Source of the DNA: a virus
DNA length: 64,000 bases
Strand: one strand, 5' to 3'
IMG/VR virus record: IMGVR_UViG_3300007960_000014
Coordinates: 20,207-84,206 of that record
The notes under the pieces are model-generated. The model was not told the origin of the DNA. It worked only from the letters and a program-made list of their open reading frames with translations, and searched no databases. Positions 39,356-49,169 of the stretch are shown here, in pieces. Numbering within the stretch: position 1 is the stretch's first letter; each line of letters starts with the position of its first letter. The translations under genes and the position numbers were made by a program.

Positions 39356-42207
39356 TAGTTTATTTCAGCGAACGGCTGTCTTAGTAGTTCGAACGTTGTA
39401 GTGTACATAGAACCCGCAGAGATATTGTGGGTATAGGAAGTTATAATATATATGCCCGAAGTCCAGTGCTTCGGTCCCTCAGGCAATCTAGGGTTTGATA
39501 TTTGAAGTCTTATCTTTCTAATATCCCAATCTACAATCCAGTCGCTTACTTCCGGAATACCTAATGTTGTTACAGTGGCTGTAAAAGGAAATTCAGCATA
39601 ATTTTTCTCCCACAAACCTTTTTTTCTTAAAAATTCTTGTAGGCTGTACACATTATCCATGTCCGAGAAAAAGGATTTATCGATAATGTATCGAGGTTGA
39701 GATTTAATTTTTATTGATTTCCCATTCACGGAATAAGTTGCTACGCTTCCATCTTTTTTCATAAACATGTCTCTGAATATCGTGCTGTTTACAAAAGAAT
39801 ATAAAGCATTTAGTCTATCCTCTGTGTCGTCAGAACTATGAAAAGCTCCAGATTGATTTATCTTTTGAAACTTTGTATAGTACTTGTTCATTTGAATTAG
39901 AAATTGAGTAAAGTCTATTTCCTGAGGATTCGCAGCAGCTTCCTCTAGAGCTTTTACAGTCTTAAAAGCTTCTGTATTAAGACCTAAAATTTCTTGTAAG
40001 TCTGAGCCTCCTTGGAACGTGCTTCTAATTGTTTGCCCAATCGATGTCGGTGTAGTTTGTTCGGTTGCAGTTGTAATTACATAAACAAACGTACCAATCA
40101 AACTGGAAACGGAAAATCCTCCAGCTCCCCCTTGCCAAACTTCATCCAACTTGATAATGTCGCTTTGCATTTGCCCAGCGCCAGCTAAAGGAGCAAATAT
40201 ATCTTGATTGAATCTAAAATCAGTAACAATGGAATCGTTGTATCCTACTCTTAAATTTAACAAGCTAGTAATACTACCATCCTCAACATTTGATACATTT
40301 TGATTTGGTAAATCTTCACTCAAGGAAGGGAATGATTGCAGTGCAGCTAACTCTTGAATTTCACTAGTTCTATCGGCTGCGTCGTTAGTTAGAGCTCTTT
40401 TATGAGTGTTCCCATCCGCGACAACCAACAAAGCCTCCGTGTCGTCAGGCGTGTTTCCATTTTCGAACGTAGTGGTAACTCTCTCCCACCCATTAAAACT
40501 AGGGGGACCTGCGCTTTGCAAAGTAGATTTATAATAAGGTCTGACCTCAAATGCGTCATCAGACTCCTCCAGGATAGGAAGATAAAAATCATTAATAGAA
40601 CGTATGAGAGCATTTAGTATAGTCATCAAGGAAGTATACTCGTTCTTTGTTATTGATGCTCTAATAAAGGGTTTTGGTTTTGCGGCAGGAGGGGTTTTTT
40701 CTGGCTCTGGTTGTTTTGCGTGGGTTTTCGCATCATTATCCCCTTCATCTGTAAACACGCTTACCGCAGTAGCGTATGTTGTGGCTTCCCAAAGTGCCTG
40801 ACTATTAGCTACAGCAACATAGAATCCTTGCGAGATTGTAGAACTACTTCTATTCTTATTTAAGGGAAAATATCCAGTTTCAGCGATACTGAAAACTTGT
40901 GCGGGGGTCGCAGTTCCTCCATCTTTGGATTCTCCATGAAATCCATATCCGAAGGGTCTCCACGGTATGGCATTTGGGAAACCCCAGTCACTTGCATACG
41001 AGCCATCGATGCTGCCGCTAAGCTCAGGAGGTCGCTCCCATCTTTGACGGCTGTTGTCGATATTAAAAACTTCGTTACGCACAAAATCATGATTCGGGTC
41101 GTCTTCATTATTTAAAGCTAGAAGAGCCGTTCTTACAGTAAGTCCTGTATCAGTGGGCGGGATAAAACCCTCATTCCTTACAATCCGCAAGTTATCGCCT
41201 AATCGTATGTCATTGAGTTTTGGAAGAGGTTTATCTGAATTTCTATTTACCCTCGCCTGAGGATTTTTAGGGGTGTCTTCGGACTCGCTGCGGTTTTGTT
41301 TTAGTTCGCTTGCTCCAAAACTAATCCCTAAGTACCTAAAAACCATATCATAAGCCTGTCTAGCTGCCCACCTCGGGGAGCCAGCCCCGTTTATAATTAA
41401 ATTTTTATAACCAACCCATTGAGTATCCTCTCCTATGCCGTACGAATCTAGTAGTTTCTGGGTTTCTGCATCTAGAGGTCTGGAATAATCCCCGTCATCT
41501 GGAATGACGGCGGAGTTTGACCCGAACCCATCGGACAAACGGTTGGTTAGTTCAGCCCACGCTTTATCAATAAAGGACAAATCAATATCGTGATAAACTA
41601 CTCCTCTTAGATTAGGAAATGCTCCTAATATTTGCCCAAGCAAATCTTTTACAACTTCAGAAGGAGCAACTAAACTCCCGTCATCTTTTAATATGTCTGG
41701 ATACTCAAAGGTTTGAGCTACTCCGTTATTTGCTTGGACGTTTGGATTTTTTGTAGTATCAAAACTTAACGTATCCATAAACGTTAACGAGATTACCCTT
41801 TCAGCATCATCCGTAACACTGTAATTTACGTTAGTTAAAATACCCGTTACTAATTTGGACATACCTTGGTCTTCACTACCATAGCCCCATCTCATATAAA
41901 ACGTTATTGGTTCAAGTTCGTCTGTCGTTTGTCCGACCCCTAAACTACTAGTCTTAGCGCTGTTGGCAAATAAGTTTCTAAAGACTGGTGTAACCGCTCT
42001 CTCAAACTCTTGGGTAGGGTTAATAACAGTAAGGTTTACTTGAAAACTGTTTGAAGCGGCACCAGGAAGACCAGCGGTATAATTAAATTCCGTGAGAGTA
42101 TCGAATAAACCAAACTCATCTTTGTAGCCAGCAACATCAATCAATGCTTCTTTGTCCTTAGAAAGCATTACGATAGGCAGTCTATCCTTTCCTGTGAGAG
42201 CGACCAT
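39355..42207 (-). CDS. Baseplate hub protein, gp27-like, with large insertions
   Basis: FYMRWGYG, ATVTTLGIP and SGIYIITSYTHNISAG.YTTTFEL. Lies between the LysM-like and spike genes. Confidence 0.65.
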   Translation of the reverse strand: MVALTGKDRLPIVMLSKDKEALIDVAGYKDEFGLFDTLTEFNYTAGLPGAASNSFQVNLTVINPTQEFERAVTPVFRNLFANSAKTSSLGVGQTTDELEPITFYMRWGYGSEDQGMSKLVTGILTNVNYSVTDDAERVISLTFMDTLSFDTTKNPNVQANNGVAQTFEYPDILKDDGSLVAPSEVVKDLLGQILGAFPNLRGVVYHDIDLSFIDKAWAELTNRLSDGFGSNSAVIPDDGDYSRPLDAETQKLLDSYGIGEDTQWVGYKNLIINGAGSPRWAARQAYDMVFRYLGISFGASELKQNRSESEDTPKNPQARVNRNSDKPLPKLNDIRLGDNLRIVRNEGFIPPTDTGLTVRTALLALNNEDDPNHDFVRNEVFNIDNSRQRWERPPELSGSIDGSYASDWGFPNAIPWRPFGYGFHGESKDGGTATPAQVFSIAETGYFPLNKNRSSSTISQGFYVAVANSQALWEATTYATAVSVFTDEGDNDAKTHAKQPEPEKTPPAAKPKPFIRASITKNEYTSLMTILNALIRSINDFYLPILEESDDAFEVRPYYKSTLQSAGPPSFNGWERVTTTFENGNTPDDTEALLVVADGNTHKRALTNDAADRTSEIQELAALQSFPSLSEDLPNQNVSNVEDGSITSLLNLRVGYNDSIVTDFRFNQDIFAPLAGAGQMQSDIIKLDEVWQGGAGGFSVSSLIGTFVYVITTATEQTTPTSIGQTIRSTFQGGSDLQEILGLNTEAFKTVKALEEAAANPQEIDFTQFLIQMNKYYTKFQKINQSGAFHSSDDTEDRLNALYSFVNSTIFRDMFMKKDGSVATYSVNGKSIKIKSQPRYIIDKSFFSDMDNVYSLQEFLRKKGLWEKNYAEFPFTATVTTLGIPEVSDWIVDWDIRKIRLQISNPRLPEGPKHWTSGIYIITSYTHNISAGSMYTTTFELLRQPFAEIN

Positions 42208-42214
42208 TTAGTTA

Positions 42215-42517
42215 TTATAGTACTGGAATCTTGATTTCGTCTCCAGATTTTAAACCGCTCAAAGCATCTTCAATACCATTTGCCAAAAGAATAACCCACC
42301 AATATCCCGGTGTTCCATAGGCTGCTTGAGATATTAGGTCGGGTCGGTTTTCAAACCTGGGCGATATCGTAGCCAGTCTAAAATCAGTGTTTCCTAGGTC
42401 GGAATAAAATATATCAAACTTAGGGGAGGAAGTAATATCTTTAATAATCTTTCCCCGGTGCGTTATCTTTGTAGGAGAGTACAAAGTAAATCGCGATGTG
42501 TTAGAATAAGATATCAT
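42215..42517 (-). CDS. Baseplate LysM-like protein, gp53 / gpX-like
   Basis: RPDLISQAAYGTPGYWWVILLANGI...GDEIKIP. Confidence 0.85.
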   Translation of the reverse strand: MISYSNTSRFTLYSPTKITHRGKIIKDITSSPKFDIFYSDLGNTDFRLATISPRFENRPDLISQAAYGTPGYWWVILLANGIEDALSGLKSGDEIKIPVL

Positions 42518-43566
42518 TATACGTTACCCCTGGGAATACCTCCCGAATCAAATATAGTGTTCCAACCGAATGGACCTTGTTGCCCTGAGTTTACAATGCC
42601 ACCTTCTTGGCGGAACTCCTCCAGAGCAAGTTTTACTCTTATCATTCTTGAGTAAAAAGTTGCGTTATCCATTCCCGCACGGAATGGGTCTATCTCAATC
42701 TTGTAAGATTTTACAATACATGGAATATAATCATATGCGGTACCGAATTTTAGGTACGCAATCGGAGGACCATACTTTACTTTTTCTGCTGCTCCTGCAT
42801 CGACAGTAGAGATTATGGAGCTTCTTATAATATTCATAAAGTAATCTACCAACCCAGCAATCATAGAATGATAATCACTATCAAGCGCGTTAGCTCTAAA
42901 GAACCCTTTACCATCTAGCTCGTTCCTTTCTCCTAATCTAACAGGTTGGTTTACTGGCATTCTAGGTCCAGCTGTTTCATAACTAGTTGTATTCCCCGCT
43001 GCAAAGTCGGCATCGGTTATCGCAGTTCCAGCTTTATAACCTACAACTTTACCTCCTACGCTAACAAACCCAGTAGCTCCTGGATAAAGTTGCGTATTTC
43101 CTTTAGTTGCTTCGTCTCGCTTTAATATTTCTTTGTACCTCGTTACTGTGTCTGCAATCTCTTGTCGTTGTTGGTCAGTACAAACACGCTCATAATAATT
43201 ATTATAAAAAGCTCCGATATGAGGAAGAGTATACATAAGCTCAATATCAAACTTAGTAGCACCTGCGCCAGTAAAAAGACGAACAGGTTCATTTCTCATG
43301 AAGATGGATGTCTCTGCGTAAGAAGCTCCTCTAGATTCATTTATTCTTGGGTTTTCAAAGAATGGAAGCTTCCTAATTGTATTGGTGGTAGCCATCCCCG
43401 GCACTGTTGGATATTTAAATTCAATAAACCCTCTCTCTTCGATGGCGTGGTCATAGCGAGGAGTTCCAGTCTTGTCTCCTGCATACTCGTCCCAGATAAT
43501 GTCTTCAGGCGGAAAAGGGCTGAAGGCATCTAATAAAATATTGACTCCTAGTGGTATGTTTGCCAT
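42517..43566 (-). CDS. Tail tube initiator / baseplate protein (gp48/gp54, P2 gpU-like)
   Basis: Between the tape measure and LysM genes. PPIAYLKFG...PCIVKSY motif. Confidence 0.6.
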   Translation of the reverse strand: MANIPLGVNILLDAFSPFPPEDIIWDEYAGDKTGTPRYDHAIEERGFIEFKYPTVPGMATTNTIRKLPFFENPRINESRGASYAETSIFMRNEPVRLFTGAGATKFDIELMYTLPHIGAFYNNYYERVCTDQQRQEIADTVTRYKEILKRDEATKGNTQLYPGATGFVSVGGKVVGYKAGTAITDADFAAGNTTSYETAGPRMPVNQPVRLGERNELDGKGFFRANALDSDYHSMIAGLVDYFMNIIRSSIISTVDAGAAEKVKYGPPIAYLKFGTAYDYIPCIVKSYKIEIDPFRAGMDNATFYSRMIRVKLALEEFRQEGGIVNSGQQGPFGWNTIFDSGGIPRGNV

Positions 43567-43569
43567 TTA

Positions 43570-45276
43570 TTACTCTCCCAACCCGAGGGACTCTACAAGG
43601 TATCTAGTTTGTTGACGATTTGCTTTTCTCAACTCTGCAGTAAGTCCCCTAATAGCTTCTTCAGAAGCATTGGCTTCCATTGCGTCCACCAGCCTCGATA
43701 GTAAATCTGCTTGTACGCCTAAAAGGTCCTCGTCTCGACCCCTGATATTTTGCCCAAGGACCCCCCGAGTATCTTCAATCGTTCGATTTGCCTCCATAAA
43801 ACTAGCGGGCATGACAGTGCCACCTGCTTCTTTGTATGCCGCAAATTCAGGTGATTTCCCGGCAGCGTAGACGCGAGCCATTACATCAAACATGGTGTCT
43901 CCGAACATTAAACCTTTACCAGACGCTAGCCCAGCGTTAATAGCGGTAAACGCAAGCGTCATAGAGTCGAATAAATTAACCATTTTACTAAACGCAGGCA
44001 CGATATGATTATCGAACAATCCTACAAAGTAAGCTTGCATATCGTCTATTGCTTTTTTGACCTCTGCTAGGGTATTATCGAAAATTGCAGGTAGCGTGTT
44101 AACGAAGAAGTTTTTAGATATAGCAAACCATTCAGGTACATTCGTCATTAAGTAAGCCTTAGCAATCTTAAAGTATTCATTACCCATCTTCGCCATCTCT
44201 CCAAACGCCCTTAGACCTGATTCTATATTTTCAGAGGTTACATTCTTCCGTATCCAATCACCTAGTTCGGTAGTAAAATTAATTATATCGTTATTAAATT
44301 TCGGAAGTACTTCTTTGAACGCAGTAAAAATATTACTTATCATTTCTGTACTAGCGCTAATTAGCGGCATCAATGCACTTTGAAGCTCCAATTGAAGTTC
44401 TGCTAATTCATCAGTAAACAGCTTAGTTGCTTGCTGTTTAGCCATTTCTATCCTGCTAGCTTCCTCAGCCATAGCCAACTGAGACATGTTTACCTGAGCT
44501 AATTGCCTAAGAACATTAACGTCTCCTTGTGACAGCCCAAACATTTGTGCAGCAATACCAGCAGTAAACGGAGCTCCAGGGGTGACTAGTCTATCAATCC
44601 TAGAAATTACGCCTTGAGCAAGTGCAACCATTTGCTCAGGAGACTCCATCGCTCCCATACCCCCGCCAGCCAACGCAGCTCTCCTAAATCCTTCAGGGTC
44701 GGCAGTAATAAACTTGGACATTACAGGACCAAGCCGCTCTGCCATCATCGGACCCATTGCAGCTCCTAGACCCACAATAGACTCTGCGAAACCTGCCGCA
44801 GCTGTAGCGCCAAAGGCATTGCTTATTCTTGCCATAGGTTCTACTAGACTGCCCATTACTTTCACTAGCTGGTCGGCGTTTCTTCCGAATGTGGCTGCGA
44901 AATCTATAGTAGCGTCTACTAAGTTACCTGTAGTCGTTTCATTCATACCAAGAACCTGCTCAAAGGTTCCCATAGTACTCATGAAACTTCCTAAGTTAAA
45001 CCCAAGACGTTTAACATCAATAATAAGCTGCTTGTTTACTCCCTGTATATCAACGCCCGTTTGAATGCTTTGTCCCAACATTTGGGTAACATCCTTCATA
45101 GACACGTCTAAGCCACGGAACTGGTCGGTGAGACCTTTAAAGTTATCACCAAAATCTCTGCCTGTCCGTAACGTAACTTTGGTGAGCTCCTCAATAGAAT
45201 GCATCAACGGCGGAAACAGTGATGGCATCACCGTATCTTTTAGTTCATTGAGCGTTTCGTTAAGATTATCAGCCAT
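43570..45276 (-). CDS. Tape measure protein
   Basis: 568 aa, alpha-helical and Ala/Gly/Met-rich, first gene of the hub cluster. Confidence 0.65.
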   Translation of the reverse strand: MADNLNETLNELKDTVMPSLFPPLMHSIEELTKVTLRTGRDFGDNFKGLTDQFRGLDVSMKDVTQMLGQSIQTGVDIQGVNKQLIIDVKRLGFNLGSFMSTMGTFEQVLGMNETTTGNLVDATIDFAATFGRNADQLVKVMGSLVEPMARISNAFGATAAAGFAESIVGLGAAMGPMMAERLGPVMSKFITADPEGFRRAALAGGGMGAMESPEQMVALAQGVISRIDRLVTPGAPFTAGIAAQMFGLSQGDVNVLRQLAQVNMSQLAMAEEASRIEMAKQQATKLFTDELAELQLELQSALMPLISASTEMISNIFTAFKEVLPKFNNDIINFTTELGDWIRKNVTSENIESGLRAFGEMAKMGNEYFKIAKAYLMTNVPEWFAISKNFFVNTLPAIFDNTLAEVKKAIDDMQAYFVGLFDNHIVPAFSKMVNLFDSMTLAFTAINAGLASGKGLMFGDTMFDVMARVYAAGKSPEFAAYKEAGGTVMPASFMEANRTIEDTRGVLGQNIRGRDEDLLGVQADLLSRLVDAMEANASEEAIRGLTAELRKANRQQTRYLVESLGLGE

Positions 45277-45869
45277 TAGAGAGTAGCGTTGTAGTTATCT
45301 GGGTCTATTGCAGCGAAGTTGGATACGTAATTTTTGTTAAAAACTCTGTACCCTTCTCCATTATAAAATTTTATTTTTAAAGCATCCAGCATGGTTACGT
45401 TTCGTCTTTTTCCGTATCTTGAAATTAACTCACTAACCAAGAATGGTGCTAAAGTATCTAGCCTTATGCCAGCAAAGTACTGATTTCCTACAGCTAAGGA
45501 TTTTCTAGGTTTCTTGGAATATTTCCTGTTCCTCAGAAAAGACTTAGAGACTCTGCTAGAAGTTTTCCCAGTAAATTTATTTCTTCTCGTAATTAGGGGA
45601 GGGTAGGGAAGACCTGCCATTTCCACAGAAGTGTGTTGGAATGGCTCATAATTAAAATACATAGAATTGCTTCTATCCGTATCGACAAGCATGATAAGAG
45701 CTGTGTCTTCTCTAGAGTTTGGACCGTTATACTCAAAATAATAGATGCAAGAATTCTCTACTCTACCTAATCCAATTAGCGGTAACGCTCTTCTGGTGGC
45801 TACAAAGTTTTGAAACTCAGGTGTAGCGTTGTATAGGTCTAGTTTTTTTGGAGTATTTTTCTTTGCCAT
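45276..45869 (-). CDS. Possible DNA end protector, gp2-like
   Basis: IYYFEY, LIMLV, FAGIRLDTL and YRVF follow the gp2 motif order. Basic, with a late promoter. Confidence 0.4.
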   Translation of the reverse strand: MAKKNTPKKLDLYNATPEFQNFVATRRALPLIGLGRVENSCIYYFEYNGPNSREDTALIMLVDTDRSNSMYFNYEPFQHTSVEMAGLPYPPLITRRNKFTGKTSSRVSKSFLRNRKYSKKPRKSLAVGNQYFAGIRLDTLAPFLVSELISRYGKRRNVTMLDALKIKFYNGEGYRVFNKNYVSNFAAIDPDNYNATL

Positions 45870-45885
45870 TTTTAAGAATTCCCTC

Positions 45886-45905
45886 TATTATATATTTATA
45901 TAATA
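45886..45905. promoter_or_regulatory. Back-to-back late promoter motifs (ATATATAATA minus, TTATATAATA plus)
   Basis: TATTATATATTTATATAATA is a near-perfect palindrome between divergent genes. Confidence 0.55.
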
Positions 45906-45913
45906 TACTAGTT

Positions 45914-46237
45914 TTGGAATACGACATACAAATGATGGAGTTTATGGACCAAATAAACCACTGTTTATCCTTAAGGTTCAAAGAAAAGTGGAGGCACAAA
46001 TATAGTGCTAATTTTATTAGTCTATTCCAAGAAAGGGTTCTGAAAGCTCTAGACACGCAGAAACCACTAAAGAAGTCTACGCTGTATACCCTATACACCA
46101 AAAAGCATAAATATAATCCAGACGTTGTTTTTGATTTCTTTAAAGAAATAGATATAAGCTTATATTATCCAGTTATATTTGACGACGATAAGTTCTTTTT
46201 AATTAGAAAAGAATACAGAAAGTCCAAAGAGCGTTAA
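45914..46237 (+). CDS. Hypothetical protein
   Basis: Start is TTG 45914 or ATG 45932, downstream of the plus-strand motif. Stop overlaps the convergent nuclease gene. Confidence 0.5.
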   Translation: MEYDIQMMEFMDQINHCLSLRFKEKWRHKYSANFISLFQERVLKALDTQKPLKKSTLYTLYTKKHKYNPDVVFDFFKEIDISLYYPVIFDDDKFFLIRKEYRKSKER

Positions 46238-47019
46238 TCCTTCTTTCTAGACTCTTGTGCTTCTTGAATTGCTCCTGCTAATACGCCAGGGCTAGAATTG
46301 AATGCAGGGCAGATATCTTTATATCCACACCAGTCACAGAACCTATTTGTAACAGGGGGAAAATCAGTTCTTTTTCTTTTTCTTATTTCCCAGACCTTCG
46401 TTTTTAGCTCCCCCTTAACATATGCATTTACCTGAGTTGGTGGGTACTTGATTGAGACTAGTTTATCCAGGTGAGGGTAGTAGTGAGCTACTGTAATGTC
46501 GCCAATAGGTACGTTATACTTTTTGTTTATTGCAGCAGCATACATCAACATTTGAGGGTCTCTAAATAAATCCCTTTGCGTAGAAGCTCTCTTGCTTGTC
46601 TTATAGTCAATCACAAGATACTTACCCGTGCTTCCCTTGATTACGCGGTCAATAATACCGTTGATTGTAAAATCATCCGTAATCTGCTCACGAAACACTA
46701 GCTCTGTACTAACGGTTTCTCCCAGCTTGGAGTTAAATTTAAAGAAGTTTTTTATGCACTTCTCAGTTAGCTTCTCTTTTTCGGGTCCAAACTCGTACTT
46801 GTCACGTTCTTGTCGAGCAATCTCCCACAGCTCCTCTTCGCTCTTGGCTTCTACACCTAGTTCAAATATCTTGTGAATATAAGAACCAAAGTGCATTGCA
46901 TCCTTTGAGCTGTTCTCGTTGTATTTATCGGGAACTCTGTCAATATATCTGAGTTTGTACTTCAGTTTACACTCATCATATACTTTAATCTTACTGGGAG
47001 ATACTGTGTTTATGAACAT
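46234..47019 (-). CDS. Cas4/AddB/RecB-like PD-(D/E)XK exonuclease with four-Cys Fe-S ligands
   Basis: SPSKI..YDEC, GSYIHKIFE, GIIDRV, IDYKT, QMLMY and C-terminal CDWCGYKDIC. Start set at MFINTV (47019). Confidence 0.85.
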   Translation of the reverse strand: MFINTVSPSKIKVYDECKLKYKLRYIDRVPDKYNENSSKDAMHFGSYIHKIFELGVEAKSEEELWEIARQERDKYEFGPEKEKLTEKCIKNFFKFNSKLGETVSTELVFREQITDDFTINGIIDRVIKGSTGKYLVIDYKTSKRASTQRDLFRDPQMLMYAAAINKKYNVPIGDITVAHYYPHLDKLVSIKYPPTQVNAYVKGELKTKVWEIRKRKRTDFPPVTNRFCDWCGYKDICPAFNSSPGVLAGAIQEAQESRKKD

Positions 47020-47998
47020 TACGATACCTGCTAATCTTATTAAAGAGTATTTACGAGAAAAGTTCGAAGAGTTTCGAGAAAGAAACTCGGAGTTTCTCGT
47101 TAATTCCATATTCTACGATGACCAGAAGTTCCATATGTCCATTAACATGGAGACTGGACTATGGCAGGATTTCAAGGCTCACGAGTCTGGCAACTTTTAT
47201 CACCTGATTTCTTTGTTGGAAGGGATTTCTTACTCCGAAGCCGTAAGAAAAATAAACAAAAAATTACTTAACAATGCTGCAGAACTAATATTCTCCCCGC
47301 CTCCCGTGGAAGCGAAGCAGCTCTCTACAAATAGCGTTGCTGAGGAATTTAAAAACTTTAAAAAAATAGATGTCGCTAAGTTTTACTGGTCAGATGTTCT
47401 GTACGAGAGACTGGCAGCTAAGTTCATAATCGATAGAGGGCTGGAGAAAGGTACCTTCTACTATGCCTTTGAAGGTAAGTACTGCAACCGCATCATCATT
47501 CCTTATATGAAGAACGGTGTTCCTTATTACTTCCAGGCTCGTACCCTCACGCGCAACAAATTAAAATACATAAATCCTACCAAAGCCGAGCACGGGGTAA
47601 AGTCCTCAGAGATTTTGTATCCGTTCGACCGTAGCAAAGATTACGTAGTTATTACTGAAGGTCCTATAGATGCTCTTACCTTGCAGCTTAACGGTATAAA
47701 TGCTACCTCAACTCAAGGCTGTCATATTTCCTACGCCCAATTGGATATGTTGAAAGGGAAAAAACTTATTTTCTCGTATGATAATGACGAGGCGGGGGCG
47801 ATAGGTTTGAAGAACGCTAGGCAAGTGTGTTTGCGTAAAAATATATCGCAACTATATCAAACCACTCCTCCTACTGGGTTCAAGGATTGGAATGAGCTTC
47901 ACGCAAAAAAGAAGGACCCAAAGCTCTTATTTGATATATTAAACCTTAATGTCGCGAGGATGGATTTTGAGTACTTTGCTACCTCACTATTACCTTAA
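47012..47998 (+). CDS. DNA primase (DnaG-type TOPRIM)
   Basis: RIIIP, YFQAR, KYINP, ITEGPIDAL, YDNDEAG and KDWNE. Start set at MNITIP (47012). Confidence 0.88.
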   Translation: MNITIPANLIKEYLREKFEEFRERNSEFLVNSIFYDDQKFHMSINMETGLWQDFKAHESGNFYHLISLLEGISYSEAVRKINKKLLNNAAELIFSPPPVEAKQLSTNSVAEEFKNFKKIDVAKFYWSDVLYERLAAKFIIDRGLEKGTFYYAFEGKYCNRIIIPYMKNGVPYYFQARTLTRNKLKYINPTKAEHGVKSSEILYPFDRSKDYVVITEGPIDALTLQLNGINATSTQGCHISYAQLDMLKGKKLIFSYDNDEAGAIGLKNARQVCLRKNISQLYQTTPPTGFKDWNELHAKKKDPKLLFDILNLNVARMDFEYFATSLLP

Positions 47999-48971
47999 AC
48001 TTCTTACTGTATATCCGTTCGTTTAGTACGTCGTATTTAGCTTGGATTTGGTATACACCTCTTGGAGTACCAAAACCGTCATTTGCCGCGAGAGTGGTCA
48101 ATACGTTAGTATCGAAATTAAATATTACAGTATCGTCCGAAGTGATTCTCACTAAACCTGAAGTATCGGCATACCCCGAAACCTCGTACTGCCCTGTAAA
48201 ACCAACCTCTTCGTTTAGTTTAGTTATCCTAATCGCAGCGTTTTGAATGATTGATTCCCTGAAGCTGTCCCGAACTTCTACCGGAATGTTTCTATTCTCT
48301 GACGTAAATGAAGTCTCTAACGTTAAATCAACTGTTGAGCCAAACTCGATGTATTTTTGTTTAAGTCGAGTGTTGGTCGTTAAGGTCAGGGGTTCTGTGG
48401 TAGTAACCCAGACATCATTCTTTAGTCTGAACTTGTTGCTGTACGTGGTCCAAGCGCCAGTCTCTGTGTTCTTAACTACCCACAAATCAAAGTACTGACC
48501 CGCCGCGCTAGCCTCGTTACTTCTTACAGCAGAAGTTTCTGGCTGAATGCCGCTCGCATCAGGAACTAGAACGCAAGCAAACTGACCTACACCTGTTCTG
48601 TAAATTCCGCTAGCACCCGAAACGCCGCCCGTAAAGTTTCCCGCACTAAAGTCTGAAGCTGTGGTGTCCCTTTGTCCTCTGTGCCAGTCAATATTATGGA
48701 AGGTCATGACGGCGTCTTCTACAATATCGTACTTAGGGAGCCCGTATCTGGAAGAACTAGTATCTAAATCTAATAGAGGTTCTGGGATACCATTGGTAGT
48801 ATACCCTAATTCTGCGCTAGACGCGTTGGTGTCTTTAAATACGTATACCGCTGAAATCGCGTAAGGGTCCGTGTAACTTCCGTTATTGTAGAAGTTTAGC
48901 TCCAAATCAGTCTTTGACTGGACCGTTGGGCGATTATGACGGGGGACGACTATTATATTGTTTAGCTTCAT
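47979..48971 (-). CDS. Hypothetical virion structural protein (beta-rich, Ig-like)
   Basis: Late-promoter motif at 48976-48985. GIYRTGVGQF, GQYFDLW and GVYQIQAKY are Ig-like strands. Confidence 0.5.
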   Translation of the reverse strand: MKLNNIIVVPRHNRPTVQSKTDLELNFYNNGSYTDPYAISAVYVFKDTNASSAELGYTTNGIPEPLLDLDTSSSRYGLPKYDIVEDAVMTFHNIDWHRGQRDTTASDFSAGNFTGGVSGASGIYRTGVGQFACVLVPDASGIQPETSAVRSNEASAAGQYFDLWVVKNTETGAWTTYSNKFRLKNDVWVTTTEPLTLTTNTRLKQKYIEFGSTVDLTLETSFTSENRNIPVEVRDSFRESIIQNAAIRITKLNEEVGFTGQYEVSGYADTSGLVRITSDDTVIFNFDTNVLTTLAANDGFGTPRGVYQIQAKYDVLNERIYSKKFKVIVR

Positions 48972-48977
48972 TATACT

Positions 48978-49169
48978 TTATTTATTCTTCGCCTTCTCAA
49001 TTTGTTCCCTTTCTCTCTCATTTTCTTCATGTTTGAGGGAAATATACCTTTCCCTCTCTTTTCTAGTGAGCATGAGAACGTCCTTGAACGAAAATCGGCA
49101 ATGCCTTATAAGTATATACGCTTCTTGTTCCAACGAGTCGTCAGCTAATCTCTGACTCAGTTCACTGAA
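48978..49169 (-). CDS. Unannotated gp51-like baseplate hub chaperone reading frame, probably reached by -1 frameshift from gp26
   Basis: FSELSQRLADDSLEQEAYILIRHCRFSFKDVLMLTRKERERYISLKHEENEREREQIEKAKNK*. Open from the T8 run at 49168-49175, with no upstream ATG or SD. Confidence 0.7.
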   Translation of the reverse strand, partial: FSELSQRLADDSLEQEAYILIRHCRFSFKDVLMLTRKERERYISLKHEENEREREQIEKAKNK

